From contig OZ253501.1 in NCBI GenBank assembly GCA_965262145.1, forward strand, positions 4,260,946-4,324,945: a DNA stretch of 64,000 nucleotides, given 5' to 3'. Below the pieces are notes generated by a model, which was not told the origin of the DNA, made no database searches, and worked only from the letters and a program-made list of their open reading frames with translations. Positions 37,779 through 47,332 of the stretch are shown here, one piece after another. Every line of letters starts with the position of its first letter. The stretch's first letter is position 1. The translations under genes and the position numbers were made by a program. Origin of the DNA: Candidatus Latescibacterota bacterium. GTDB taxonomy: Bacteria; Latescibacterota; UBA2968.

Positions 37779-38987
37779 ATGGGCAGACTAAAAAGCCAGT
37801 TTCTATTTTATAGTCAACACAGTATTGGCGTCGGACATTATATGAGAATACGCCAAATATTAAAGGCGTTGGCAGGTGAAACAGTTCATTTTATTAATGG
37901 TGGCGCTGAGGTGGAGGCACTTGAGGATATTGCAGATGTAACGGTTACTCATTTACCTACGGTAAGATTTGATCCGCAAACAGGTGCTCTCAATGCCGAT
38001 GAAGATGAATTGAAAGTGCTGCTGAAGAAACGTGCTGAATTGGTAAGACAGACGTTTGAGCAGGTTCAGCCCAGTGTTATGGTTATTGAATTTTTTCCCT
38101 TTGGGCGCTGGAATTTAAGGTCTGAATTGCTTCCGATTTTAGAGACGACCAAATTATCAATACCTCGTAGGACACGGTTGGTTTGTTCGCTTCGGGATGT
38201 GCCTCAAGAGTCTTTTAAAGAAAGTTATGAAATGCGGTGCTGTGCCGTTTTAAATACATACTTTGATCATCTCCTCATACACTCTGATCCTGAATTTTTT
38301 CATCTGAAGGACAGTTTTCCATCTTGGAAAAAAATAAAAATCAGTACGCATTACACGGGATATGTTTCTATGAAGTATAAGAGTGGGGTATCAGACGAGG
38401 TGGATTGTGCAATAAGACCAGAAGATAAAATCATCCTCGTCACAGCAGGCAGTGGGGCTGATGCTTATGGCACATTTGATTATTTGAAGGCTTGCATACA
38501 AGCAAAGGTACTTCTTGGTCAGCATATAAAAGTAAAGATGTTGATTTATACCGGTTGTTTTTTTAGTGACGATAGATATGCCAAACTCAAAGCATTCTGT
38601 CAAGATCAAGATATTATCCTTAAAAGATTTACCTCTCAGATTTTATACTGGATGAAACGAGCGGAACTTTCTATCAGTCGAGGTGGCTATAATACATGCA
38701 TGAACATTCTTGAAACTGGGGTGCGTTCTGTGACTGTCCCTGTAGGATTGTCCAATGATCAGAATAATCGGGCAAAAAAAATGGCTGCTCTCAATCTGAC
38801 ACACAAACTCGATGAGGCAGATTTGACGCCTGAAAATCTCTGTAATACGATGCTTCAGGCATTAAAATCCCCCCCCGCAAAACATCAAATACGTCTCGAT
38901 GGTGCGTACCACACAGCCGAACTTTTAAAGAATCTGAAGCTTTATAGTAACCAAAATGCACACTGCCAAATGAAAGCCACAGCATGA
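37779..38987 (+). CDS. Glycosyltransferase, COG4671/GT28-C-like
   Basis: 'FYSQHSIGVGHYMRIRQILKAL' matches the predicted-glycosyltransferase family start. It is 402 aa. Confidence 0.6.
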   Translation: MGRLKSQFLFYSQHSIGVGHYMRIRQILKALAGETVHFINGGAEVEALEDIADVTVTHLPTVRFDPQTGALNADEDELKVLLKKRAELVRQTFEQVQPSVMVIEFFPFGRWNLRSELLPILETTKLSIPRRTRLVCSLRDVPQESFKESYEMRCCAVLNTYFDHLLIHSDPEFFHLKDSFPSWKKIKISTHYTGYVSMKYKSGVSDEVDCAIRPEDKIILVTAGSGADAYGTFDYLKACIQAKVLLGQHIKVKMLIYTGCFFSDDRYAKLKAFCQDQDIILKRFTSQILYWMKRAELSISRGGYNTCMNILETGVRSVTVPVGLSNDQNNRAKKMAALNLTHKLDEADLTPENLCNTMLQALKSPPAKHQIRLDGAYHTAELLKNLKLYSNQNAHCQMKATA

Positions 38988-40207
38988 ACGTGTGTCTCAT
39001 TACATTTCAATATCCACCCATGATTCGCGGTGGTGTGGGAAGTGCGACCCATAGAATTGCAAAAAATCTGGCAACCGTTGGAGTTTCTGTTCATGTAATT
39101 GCTCCCGGTCCTCATTCTTTGGGAACAATAATAGAACCAAATTTTGAATCGGGTTGTGTCGTACACAGGACATATCCCGCGCTGGGATCTTATAGCACTA
39201 ACAACCCAGATCAGTTAAAGGCCGTAGGAGATTATATTGCAAGCCTCCATGAGGAAATAGAATTCGATTTGTTTCACGGGATGTTCCTGATTCCTTCAGG
39301 TCTTGTCGCTACTATCGTCGCACGAGAGGTTGGGAGACCACTCATCATAAGTATTCGCGGTAATGATGTGGAAGTTTTGCGGTATAGTTTGATACATGGC
39401 GGCTCTGTAAAGTGGGTTTTAGAGTCCGCTGATCTTGTGACTTCGGTTACTCCCGATTTGTTAGACAAGGCAAAGAGTATTGCATCTATTTCTCAGGGCC
39501 AACCCATCGTCAATGCTTTTGATACGTCTCTGTTTCCAGAGGGGAGATTAACCGATTTAGCAAAAGAATTGCCCTGGAAATTGAGCTTGTTTGCCAAACG
39601 TTTTCTAAAGGCAAAGTCTCGGGGCAGTCCAGTGATCGGGACAACGGGCTTGATGCGCTACAAAAAAGGATTTCATCTGCTGCTTCAGGCATTTCGTGAA
39701 TTTTTGGATCAGCATCCCAAGGCTTTATTATTGCTGGTAGGTGACTTTTTAGGGGTAAGTCAGAGAAAGCAAATGTTGAAAATGATTAAATCTTTGGGTA
39801 TCAAACGCCAGGTGTTTATTACTGGACCAGCACCGCATTCTCATGTGCCCATGTGGATGCGCGAGATAGATATCTTTGCATTTCCATCTCTTTATGAAGG
39901 TTCGCCAAATGCGTTGATTGAGGCAATGGGCCTTGGTCTGCCAATTGTCGCTTCGGATATCTGTGGCGTGAACGATGTAATATCCGACGGTATAAATGGT
40001 TTGCTCGTTGAACCCAATTCGGTTGATGCACTGTTAAATAAACTGCTGTTTTTGAGTGAAGATAAGGCACTACAGACACAGTTAAGTGAATCTGCTAAGA
40101 AGACAATCGAAACCCAATTTTCTCCAATTGATGAAGTGGAAACCTGGCTGGATATGTACCTCTCGGTTTGTAGAACACGTTTTTCAAACACGCAAACCAC
40201 TGAATAA
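38984..40207 (+). CDS. Glycosyltransferase family 4 (GT4, group 1)
   Basis: 'ITFQYPPMIRGGVGSATHRIAKNLATVGVSVHVIAP' is a GT4 N-terminal domain. The C-terminus has the 'EGSPNALIEAMGLGLPIVASD' E-x7-E region. It overlaps the preceding GT gene by 4 nt. Confidence 0.85.
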   Translation: MNVCLITFQYPPMIRGGVGSATHRIAKNLATVGVSVHVIAPGPHSLGTIIEPNFESGCVVHRTYPALGSYSTNNPDQLKAVGDYIASLHEEIEFDLFHGMFLIPSGLVATIVAREVGRPLIISIRGNDVEVLRYSLIHGGSVKWVLESADLVTSVTPDLLDKAKSIASISQGQPIVNAFDTSLFPEGRLTDLAKELPWKLSLFAKRFLKAKSRGSPVIGTTGLMRYKKGFHLLLQAFREFLDQHPKALLLLVGDFLGVSQRKQMLKMIKSLGIKRQVFITGPAPHSHVPMWMREIDIFAFPSLYEGSPNALIEAMGLGLPIVASDICGVNDVISDGINGLLVEPNSVDALLNKLLFLSEDKALQTQLSESAKKTIETQFSPIDEVETWLDMYLSVCRTRFSNTQTTE

Positions 40208-40244
40208 AAATGTCGGTTGTGAATCTTTTGGTGTTGAACTGGAA

Positions 40245-40344
40245 TGAGGGAATTCTTCAGAAGGGGCGGTTCCATTATCTATGCATAGCATCAAAAAGAA
40301 GAACACCCTTTTCCGGTTTTATTTTTTTGAAAGGAGGTGATATT
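40245..40344 (+). promoter_or_regulatory. Conserved 5' leader/promoter region of the small Cys-rich protein gene (copy A)
   Basis: About 95% identical to 50143-50238. It contains the perfect palindrome CTATGCATAG and the SD GAAAGGAGGTGATATT ahead of the ATG. Confidence 0.6.
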
Positions 40345-40698
40345 ATGACTAAAAGACGGAAAATTCTGACGTTTTGTGCCGCTCAGGTTTCAATGATTGC
40401 TCTCGCTCTTGGATTTGGCGGCAATCAGCAAGCCCAGGGTCCTTATGCCAAACTGTTTAATCAGGCTTTTGGTGTGAAGAATGCAGAGGCTTTTTACCAT
40501 TATGAAGCTTGTGGAGAAGTGTGTGTCTGGGAGGACCCGAATCATTCGTTCTGTTCTGATGCCCTAGCCGTATCAAGCGACTGGTGTGGAATAGAATTCG
40601 GACCTGCCGGACCTGAGTGTAGTGATGGTTACAGTGAAGACTGTGACCCAGCCCTCAATGAAACGCCTGGAGGAGAAGAAGAAGATGACGAGTCTTAA
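40345..40698 (+). CDS. Small secreted 6-Cys acidic protein, paralog A (117 aa)
   Basis: It starts at MTKRRKIL behind a strong SD. It has a signal-peptide-like N-terminus, six Cys in the mature part and an acidic tail EEEDDES. The N-terminal 48 aa are about 90% identical to paralog B. Confidence 0.6.
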   Translation: MTKRRKILTFCAAQVSMIALALGFGGNQQAQGPYAKLFNQAFGVKNAEAFYHYEACGEVCVWEDPNHSFCSDALAVSSDWCGIEFGPAGPECSDGYSEDCDPALNETPGGEEEDDES

Positions 40699-40822
40699 GA
40701 TATCGTCTTCAAAGCGTTTTTAACTCGCCCCTTGATATTATACCGTCTAATGGGGTGAAAAAACTCTCCACTCCATTAGCTAACTCTGCCTATCAGAATC
40801 GTATCATCCAAAGGAATGCACT

Positions 40823-43177
40823 ATGAAAAAGCAATTCATAATTCGCATGGGATTGATTATGCTGACGTGCTTCTTTGGTACTAGTGTGTCCAAAGGTGAA
40901 ACAACAACAGATGCACTGTTTCAGGCCGCCGTGGAACAAGTTGGAAAGGTGACGAGTGAGGAAAGCATCAAAGCGTTTGAGGAGATCATTTCTCAAGACA
41001 GAGATTACGCACCTACGTACAACGAATTAGCGAAATTGCATCTGCTGGATTACAGCGTGAATGGCAGGCAACGTGCCGCACAGATGATTCACAAAGCGAT
41101 TGTGATTGATCCTGACAACCCTGAATATCAACTGACGCGAGGAAAAATCTGGTGGGCACAGGGCTTTCGCTTTCGGGCGTTAACCCAATACGAAAACGTG
41201 AACGAAAAACATTCGGACAATACGGAAGCCCTCAATAGTGCGGGTATGTATTGGGTATATGATTTCCTGGCACAAACTGATAGAAGAAGTCAACATCATT
41301 CAAAAGATTTCAAGCTATTTGCCCAGGAAGCCAAACGAGAAGCAGAACAAACTCTGCGAAAAAGCATTCAGTTGGATGCGACCAATCAGAAACCTTATTA
41401 TTTGCTGGGCATACTCTACTTTGAAGATGAGGATTGGAGCACCTTTCAAGCCTTGATGCAAGACCTCCACGCACAATATCCAGATGACAAAAATGCATTG
41501 TTATTTTCTGGCCTTGCTCACTATCAGCTTGGTGAATACAATAAATCGCATGAATACTATCAACGCGCTTATGACTTGATGAGTCTTGAAGAACGCGAGT
41601 TGCTCGAATCTATTGATCTGCTTATGCCAGAAAAAGATCATGCATCCCGCGATACAACGCAGACAATTGATGAATTATTAGAACGCGAGATGTTTTGGAA
41701 GAGCCAGGATCCGCTCTATTTATCTGATTTCAATGAAAGGAAAATGGAACACTTTGGCCGCATGGCATACTCGAATTTGCGGTTCAGGCGATTTTCTGAT
41801 AATGTCGAGGGTTGGCAGACAGATATGGGAAAGACCTATATCAAATTCGGAAGATATAGACGTAGAATGTTAATGTACAAATTCGCAGAAGGAATGACAG
41901 AGTTCTGGTATTACGAAAAATTCCAGTTCAAATTTTGTGGCAGTGGTGCTGATCGTTGGGGTTTTTGTGGTGGTTCATGGTATGGTATTACTCAGCGCCG
42001 GTCAGGGGTAAGTGCCTTCGAAGAATACCGAGAAGGGATTGATTTTGCGATGAGACGAACCAATTTTGCCCTTCTGCTAAGTACACTTAAAGAAGCCTCG
42101 CATCATATATTTAAAAAAACAGCACAGCGGTTTGTAGATCCGTATTTGAAACGAAAATACACCCTTCCCTATCAAATCGCGGCCTTTGAAGAACAAGACA
42201 GCGTGCGGATTGAACTCAGTTATATGATTCCAAAAGACCGATTAGAAGCCAATCCCGAAACTGATGAAGTGAGCTTTTGGGATGGTGTGTTCTTATTCGA
42301 TGAGCACTGGAATGATGTGTATAACTATCGCAAATCTGTGAGCTTCGCACTACCACCTCCCATGCCAGCCGAAAACGCAGCCGCGCAGCATCGTAACGAT
42401 CACCTGCTGGTCTCGCGCATGTTGTCTGTGCCGCAAGGCAACTATCATTTTTCGGTGGAATTACTGGATCAGACATCCGGCGCAATTGGTATCGTCCGCA
42501 ATGAGGAGCAGTACGTATATGATGATGAGAGCTTTCACCTGAGTGATCTTTTGGTTGGAAGCAATATTCAAGCGCGGAATGCGTTGCCAGAAGGCCGCAA
42601 CGACCTGATCATCACCCCCAATCCTGTCCGTACATTTTCACAGTCTGAACCGGTCTTTATCTATCTGGAACTGTATGATCTCCAACGCGACGATTTTGGC
42701 AGCACGAAGTATGAGATCTCCTACACCATTGGCAAGCCAGAGGTAGGTACGCTTTCACCCACATTATTTGCGTCTCAAAATGTGATTGAAATGATGGGCA
42801 AAACAGAGATTGATCTACGTAGTGGCATAGCAGATCACATAGCCGCCGAGGGCTTGCCGGGCGGGCGGTCACAGGATAGTGATGAGATCAGCATATTTGC
42901 CGACAGCGATATATGGGGCGAGACGAAGGTTTATACCAGTGGCGGGCAGGTCCAGCACATCGCTGCTGAGGGCTTGAAAATCAAGCGATCAAAAGATGGT
43001 GATTTGACGCGAACCGTGACAGCCAATTACGAAGGTAATCGAGAAGATGATTTCACGTATTTGCAGATCGATGTGAACCAGGTGCCTGAAGGGATTTATC
43101 AATTGACGATATTGGCGAGGGACAAGCGGACTGAGCAGACGGATAGGAAATACGTTTATTTTCGCATTATTAATTAA
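40823..43177 (+). CDS. TPR plus GWxTD-domain protein, paralog A (784 aa)
   Basis: It has a signal peptide and N-terminal TPR-like repeats. The motif 'VEGWQTDMGKTYIKFGRY' matches GWxTD. It is about 75-80% identical to 50755-53169. Confidence 0.75.
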   Translation: MKKQFIIRMGLIMLTCFFGTSVSKGETTTDALFQAAVEQVGKVTSEESIKAFEEIISQDRDYAPTYNELAKLHLLDYSVNGRQRAAQMIHKAIVIDPDNPEYQLTRGKIWWAQGFRFRALTQYENVNEKHSDNTEALNSAGMYWVYDFLAQTDRRSQHHSKDFKLFAQEAKREAEQTLRKSIQLDATNQKPYYLLGILYFEDEDWSTFQALMQDLHAQYPDDKNALLFSGLAHYQLGEYNKSHEYYQRAYDLMSLEERELLESIDLLMPEKDHASRDTTQTIDELLEREMFWKSQDPLYLSDFNERKMEHFGRMAYSNLRFRRFSDNVEGWQTDMGKTYIKFGRYRRRMLMYKFAEGMTEFWYYEKFQFKFCGSGADRWGFCGGSWYGITQRRSGVSAFEEYREGIDFAMRRTNFALLLSTLKEASHHIFKKTAQRFVDPYLKRKYTLPYQIAAFEEQDSVRIELSYMIPKDRLEANPETDEVSFWDGVFLFDEHWNDVYNYRKSVSFALPPPMPAENAAAQHRNDHLLVSRMLSVPQGNYHFSVELLDQTSGAIGIVRNEEQYVYDDESFHLSDLLVGSNIQARNALPEGRNDLIITPNPVRTFSQSEPVFIYLELYDLQRDDFGSTKYEISYTIGKPEVGTLSPTLFASQNVIEMMGKTEIDLRSGIADHIAAEGLPGGRSQDSDEISIFADSDIWGETKVYTSGGQVQHIAAEGLKIKRSKDGDLTRTVTANYEGNREDDFTYLQIDVNQVPEGIYQLTILARDKRTEQTDRKYVYFRIIN

Positions 43178-44569
43178 CAATACTTCGGACAGTTTTTATG
43201 ATCTAAAGGATTGACAAAAAAGTGCCGTTCACTCAGATTAGATGTCAAAGATATTCCAAATCACTGACAACCCAAACGAGTGAGACGGCACAATGGCAAT
43301 CGCAGAAAAGATACTCAATCGGCTCAACATTTCCAAGCCCCAAAAAAAGTTTCTCATGACCCTATTTACTACCATACTGATTGCACGGGGTAAAATCAAT
43401 TTTCGCAACCTGTCACGGTATTCTCACCTTTGCGAACGCACATACACCCGTCAGTTTGACAAGCCCTTTCGATTTATGGATTTCAACCGTGCCATCATCA
43501 ATGAAAGCAGAGACCAAGACCAAGCACATGGGCGTATTCTGGTCTTAGATGCCTCCTTTGTGCCCAAGTCAGGCAAAAAGACCTATGGCCTAGATCACTT
43601 TTGGAATGGCTGCCAGTCACGTCGAGAAAAAGGCTTAGAAATCTTGGGGGTTGCGCTTGTGGATGTGGATAAAAACACAGGCTTTACCCTATCGGTTTGT
43701 CAAACCGTACCCAAAACGGACACCGCGAAGGGGAAAAAAACCACTGCCACAAAGACGAATAAGAACGCCCAAACAGAGGATGAAACCCGAATAGACCAGT
43801 ATTTAGCGCACCTGCGAGAGGTCCACCCTTGCCTCGAAGCCGATGAAACATATCTCGCGGTGGATGGCTATTTTAGCAAGAAGAAATTCATTGATGGCGT
43901 CGCCAACCTCAAGCTACACCAAATCGGCAAACTGCGATGCGATGCCAACATGCGCTATCTTTACACAGGCCCCAAGCGTGAGAAAGGCAGTGGCAACCAA
44001 AAGACGTACGATGGAAAAGTCGACTGGCAAGACTTATCGCGCTTCACCTATCATCACACACAAGATGGGATCGCGCTTTACAGCTTGGTGCTGAATCATC
44101 AATGCTTCAAGCGCAATGTTAAAGTCGTCGTCCTGGTCAATGAGAAGATCAAAGAGACGAAAAAGAAAAATTATGCCCTCTTGTTTTCTACCGATAAGAA
44201 CTTGGATGCAAAAACAATCGTCACGTATTACAAAGCGCGATTCCAGATTGAATTTATTTTTCGAGATGCCAAACAGTTTACAGGCTTGTCTGACGCTCAG
44301 ACAAGAGATAAGAAACGCCTTGATTTCCATTTCAATGCATCTCTTTCAACCCTCAATTTAGCCAAAGTAGAGCACATAAAAGCCGATTGCGATACCCTGC
44401 CAAACCCTTTTTCTATGGCAAGCATTAAAGCCTGTTATTTCAACACATTTTTCCTCGAAAAGATTTTTTCAATGTTTGATCTCGACCTTAATTGCATAAA
44501 AAAATCGTCTCAATATCAATATCTACTCAATTATGGCAATATCGCCGCTTAAAACTGTCCGAACCATTG
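43178..44569 (+). mobile_element. IS4-family insertion sequence (~1.39 kb) with 19-bp terminal IRs CAAT(AC/GG)TTCGGACAGTTTT
   Basis: IRs lie at 43178-43196 and 44551-44569. It is flanked by AATTAA on both sides. It is inserted exactly at the stop codon of the GWxTD gene. Confidence 0.75.
43293..44552 (+). CDS. IS4-family DDE transposase
   Basis: The Y(2)R(3)E(6)K signature appears in 'YYKARFQIEFIFRDAK'. It is 419 aa. Confidence 0.85.
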   Translation: MAIAEKILNRLNISKPQKKFLMTLFTTILIARGKINFRNLSRYSHLCERTYTRQFDKPFRFMDFNRAIINESRDQDQAHGRILVLDASFVPKSGKKTYGLDHFWNGCQSRREKGLEILGVALVDVDKNTGFTLSVCQTVPKTDTAKGKKTTATKTNKNAQTEDETRIDQYLAHLREVHPCLEADETYLAVDGYFSKKKFIDGVANLKLHQIGKLRCDANMRYLYTGPKREKGSGNQKTYDGKVDWQDLSRFTYHHTQDGIALYSLVLNHQCFKRNVKVVVLVNEKIKETKKKNYALLFSTDKNLDAKTIVTYYKARFQIEFIFRDAKQFTGLSDAQTRDKKRLDFHFNASLSTLNLAKVEHIKADCDTLPNPFSMASIKACYFNTFFLEKIFSMFDLDLNCIKKSSQYQYLLNYGNIAA

Positions 44570-44658
44570 AATTAAGCGCCCATTCCTCAGTCAATGGACC
44601 GATCAAAGGTCACATATCTAAAGCTATGCTGTCTGTCATAAAAAGGTAGAGACTGAAC

Positions 44659-45561
44659 ATGGATAATAGGCAAGTTGTTTTTGTAATGGGAGCCGGTCAT
44701 TGCGGCTCAACGTTACTCGATTTGATATTGGGAAGTCATTCTGAATGTTTCTCTTTGGGCGAATTATTCGCACTTCCACGGTTTTTCGATCCTAAGAGTG
44801 ATAATTATAAGCATATATGTAGTGTATGTGATTCTGATTGTCAAATCTGGCATGATCAGTTCTCAATCAAAGGATTCGAGCACCATTTTTATAGACCAAA
44901 ATCAGGGCGGGGCTATCCAAATGCTAATTTTTTTGTTCATAATTTTTATGATTACCTGTCCGACTATACTGGCCGATCTGTTCTCATTGATTCTAGCAAA
45001 AATCCAAATTGGATACGGCACCAATGGAGATTGATACATCTCTCCTCTAAAATAAAACCGCGTGTGATTTATTTGTGGCGAGATGGTCGCGCTATTGTAA
45101 ACTCGTTTCTAAAAAAATATCCAGAGCGTGGGATGGCGAGGGTATCCAGACATTGGAAAAAGCGAACTCATACCATGAATGAACTTTTTGAGCGTCTCCC
45201 CTATCGTGCCAAAATGATGGTGCGGTATGAAAAATTAGCAGAATCGCCCGAGAAGACAATACGTAAAATTTGTGATTTTTTGCAATTAGATTTTGAGCCT
45301 GAGATACTACGCTACTGGCAGTTTGATCACCACCCCATAGCAGGTAATCTGGGTACGCGATCGCTTATTTTTAGATTCCAAAACAAATTTGATCAGGTTT
45401 TTGCAGATCATCGAAAAAAAATCAATAAAAGCAAGGCGTATTGGGATTATTATCGGCAAATTGGATTAGCCATTCAACCTGATTATCGCTGGAAGGAAGA
45501 ATTGACAGAGGCGCAACTTGCTGAATTCGATGCGATAGCTGGTGAAGAAAATAGAAATTAA
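44659..45561 (+). CDS. Sulfotransferase family protein (Stf0-like)
   Basis: It has an N-terminal P-loop-like PAPS-binding 'VVFVMGAGHCGSTLL' and a C-terminal 'RYEKLAESPEKTIRKICDFLQLDF' sulfotransferase block. Confidence 0.65.
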   Translation: MDNRQVVFVMGAGHCGSTLLDLILGSHSECFSLGELFALPRFFDPKSDNYKHICSVCDSDCQIWHDQFSIKGFEHHFYRPKSGRGYPNANFFVHNFYDYLSDYTGRSVLIDSSKNPNWIRHQWRLIHLSSKIKPRVIYLWRDGRAIVNSFLKKYPERGMARVSRHWKKRTHTMNELFERLPYRAKMMVRYEKLAESPEKTIRKICDFLQLDFEPEILRYWQFDHHPIAGNLGTRSLIFRFQNKFDQVFADHRKKINKSKAYWDYYRQIGLAIQPDYRWKEELTEAQLAEFDAIAGEENRN

Positions 45562-45591
45562 TCGACTGTCTTCACATGTGAGTAGATACAC

Positions 45592-47277
45592 ATGAACATC
45601 TTGTCAAACATAGAGTTTTTTAAAAGAAATTACGTTGCGGTAGAAATATTGAGTGTGCTCTTTGCCTTTTCCTTTGGACTATCTTACGGATTTGGCGACC
45701 AGGCGATTTATTTGCTACCCGGCATGCAGTTATACGATCCCACTTTTTTGGCGCGCGATTGGTATGTGTCCGAGGTTGTGCATTATCATGTCGTGTTTAA
45801 GTATCTCGTTTATCTGTTGATGTACCTGGGCGCGTTAGAGTGGTCAAGCTCGATTTTGAATCTGGGATTGATGGTTTGGGTAGGTTTCAGCATTTATCGC
45901 TTGCTTAGTGGGCTTTATCAACAAACACTGGTACCGTTTTTATTAACACTTGCTCTCCTGCATCTGATGGTTAATACCGATATTCTCACACATCGTTTTT
46001 TACCTAACTGGCTGATTCCTAATGGTATCGCGACAGTTTGCTTTTTGGGAGCACTTGCTGAGCTGGTTGATTTGGATAGACGACGAGAATTGCACCTGTT
46101 CTTAAGTGGCCTGTTTTTTGGCCTGAGTGTCGTAATTCACAGTGCGTTTCTGTTTTTTTTAGTGCCATTTTTTGTGGGAATTTCAATCTGTTTACGCCGA
46201 AGCTTTAATCGCAATGATGTTTTTATTTTTTTATTGCCTTTTTGTTTGCTGGCTTTGCTGAGTATGAAAATACATGCTCAGTTTATATTTTCCACAGTAG
46301 GCGAGATAGATCGTTTAGATGAGATAGCGCGATTACGTATTCCGCATCATTACTTACCCCAGAATTGGGGTCAGGAAATTGTGTTGCCTTTTTTTCTCCA
46401 TTTGGCTTTGGGGATATGCGGACTACTGCTGCATTGGCCCAAGGGACGCCAAGCTGTTCTTATCTTGTATTCAGCAGCTTTGATACTGATCGGTTTGATA
46501 TTTGTCTGTCTGACTACAGTTCTGATTTTTATTCCACAAATTGCTTTGCTTCAAGGTTATCGGTTCAGCGGGTTACTGTCCTTTTTGTGTTTTTTATTTT
46601 TTTCTGGCGGCATGGGACAAGTTTTGATTGATAGATGTTTTGATTCACGGCGTTTGATTCTTTTATGTATCAGTGTTGGATTGGTTTATCTATTGGATTT
46701 CTATTTTGCTATTGGACTCCTGTTATTTTTGAATGTATGCTTTATTCTCGACTTGATGAGCAGTTCTCAGGTGTATGAAAGGGTCTATAAGAGATTCGTT
46801 CTTGTGACATCGGTATGTTTTTTAGCTGTCTGTTTAAAAGGCAATTTCCCAATTTCTCGAGTCGAGCTTCTGCATCAAGATCAAAAGGCGCCTTTATATG
46901 AATGGGTTCGTACACATACAGACAAAGATGCACTATTTGTCGTGCCTGTAGATAGAGTGACACAATTCCGCCTGTTTGCACAACGGGCGATTTTGATCGA
47001 TTGGAAAGGATGTCCATATTTCCCGAGCGAATACGATGTCTGGCTTAAACGCCTGCAAGATGTTACCGCATCAACTGAACTCAGTGCCCGAAGGATGCGT
47101 GACCAGGGCTATCGAAAAATGGATGCTGCGCGTGCTAAATTCTTGTCAGATACATACAATGTCCAATATATCGTGATGTCGCTTGGAAAATCAAATAATA
47201 AGCTCTCTCTTCGGCCTTTTGATCTGGTCTATGCCAAAGATGGATATGCAGTTTATCGTCTGCAGAGTAAACTTTGA
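45592..47277 (+). CDS. Polytopic membrane protein with C-terminal soluble domain, possible GT-C-fold glycosyltransferase
   Basis: It has at least 12 predicted TM helices. An Asp-containing first loop 'FGDQAIY' follows TM1. The C-terminal ~170-aa hydrophilic domain follows the last TM. Confidence 0.5.
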   Translation: MNILSNIEFFKRNYVAVEILSVLFAFSFGLSYGFGDQAIYLLPGMQLYDPTFLARDWYVSEVVHYHVVFKYLVYLLMYLGALEWSSSILNLGLMVWVGFSIYRLLSGLYQQTLVPFLLTLALLHLMVNTDILTHRFLPNWLIPNGIATVCFLGALAELVDLDRRRELHLFLSGLFFGLSVVIHSAFLFFLVPFFVGISICLRRSFNRNDVFIFLLPFCLLALLSMKIHAQFIFSTVGEIDRLDEIARLRIPHHYLPQNWGQEIVLPFFLHLALGICGLLLHWPKGRQAVLILYSAALILIGLIFVCLTTVLIFIPQIALLQGYRFSGLLSFLCFLFFSGGMGQVLIDRCFDSRRLILLCISVGLVYLLDFYFAIGLLLFLNVCFILDLMSSSQVYERVYKRFVLVTSVCFLAVCLKGNFPISRVELLHQDQKAPLYEWVRTHTDKDALFVVPVDRVTQFRLFAQRAILIDWKGCPYFPSEYDVWLKRLQDVTASTELSARRMRDQGYRKMDAARAKFLSDTYNVQYIVMSLGKSNNKLSLRPFDLVYAKDGYAVYRLQSKL

Positions 47278-47332
47278 TATGGCTGTCCTTTATTTTTCTC
47301 TCCTATTAATGCTTTGTCGTCAGGATTGAGAT

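Larger units (their letters stand above)
40245..43180. repeat. Duplicated cassette, copy 1 (leader, small Cys-rich gene, GWxTD gene)
   Basis: It is collinear with 50143-53175. Identity is high in the leader and signal region and across the GWxTD gene, and low in the small-protein core. Confidence 0.8.

Noticed and set aside
40210-40344. Longer 5' start for the small Cys-rich protein (MSVVNLLVLNW…)
   Set aside because: The extension is not conserved at the protein level in copy 2. A strong SD lies directly before MTKRRKIL in both copies. The extension covers the conserved non-coding leader.
42830-42990. Spaced repeats 'CACATAGCCGCCGAGGGCTTGCCGGG…CACATCGCTGCTGAGGGCTTGAAAATC' (also in copy 2)
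   Set aside because: They are intragenic and encode the duplicated 'HIAAEGL' protein module of the GWxTD proteins. They are not a CRISPR array. No regular spacer-repeat periodicity or cas genes were seen anywhere in the window.
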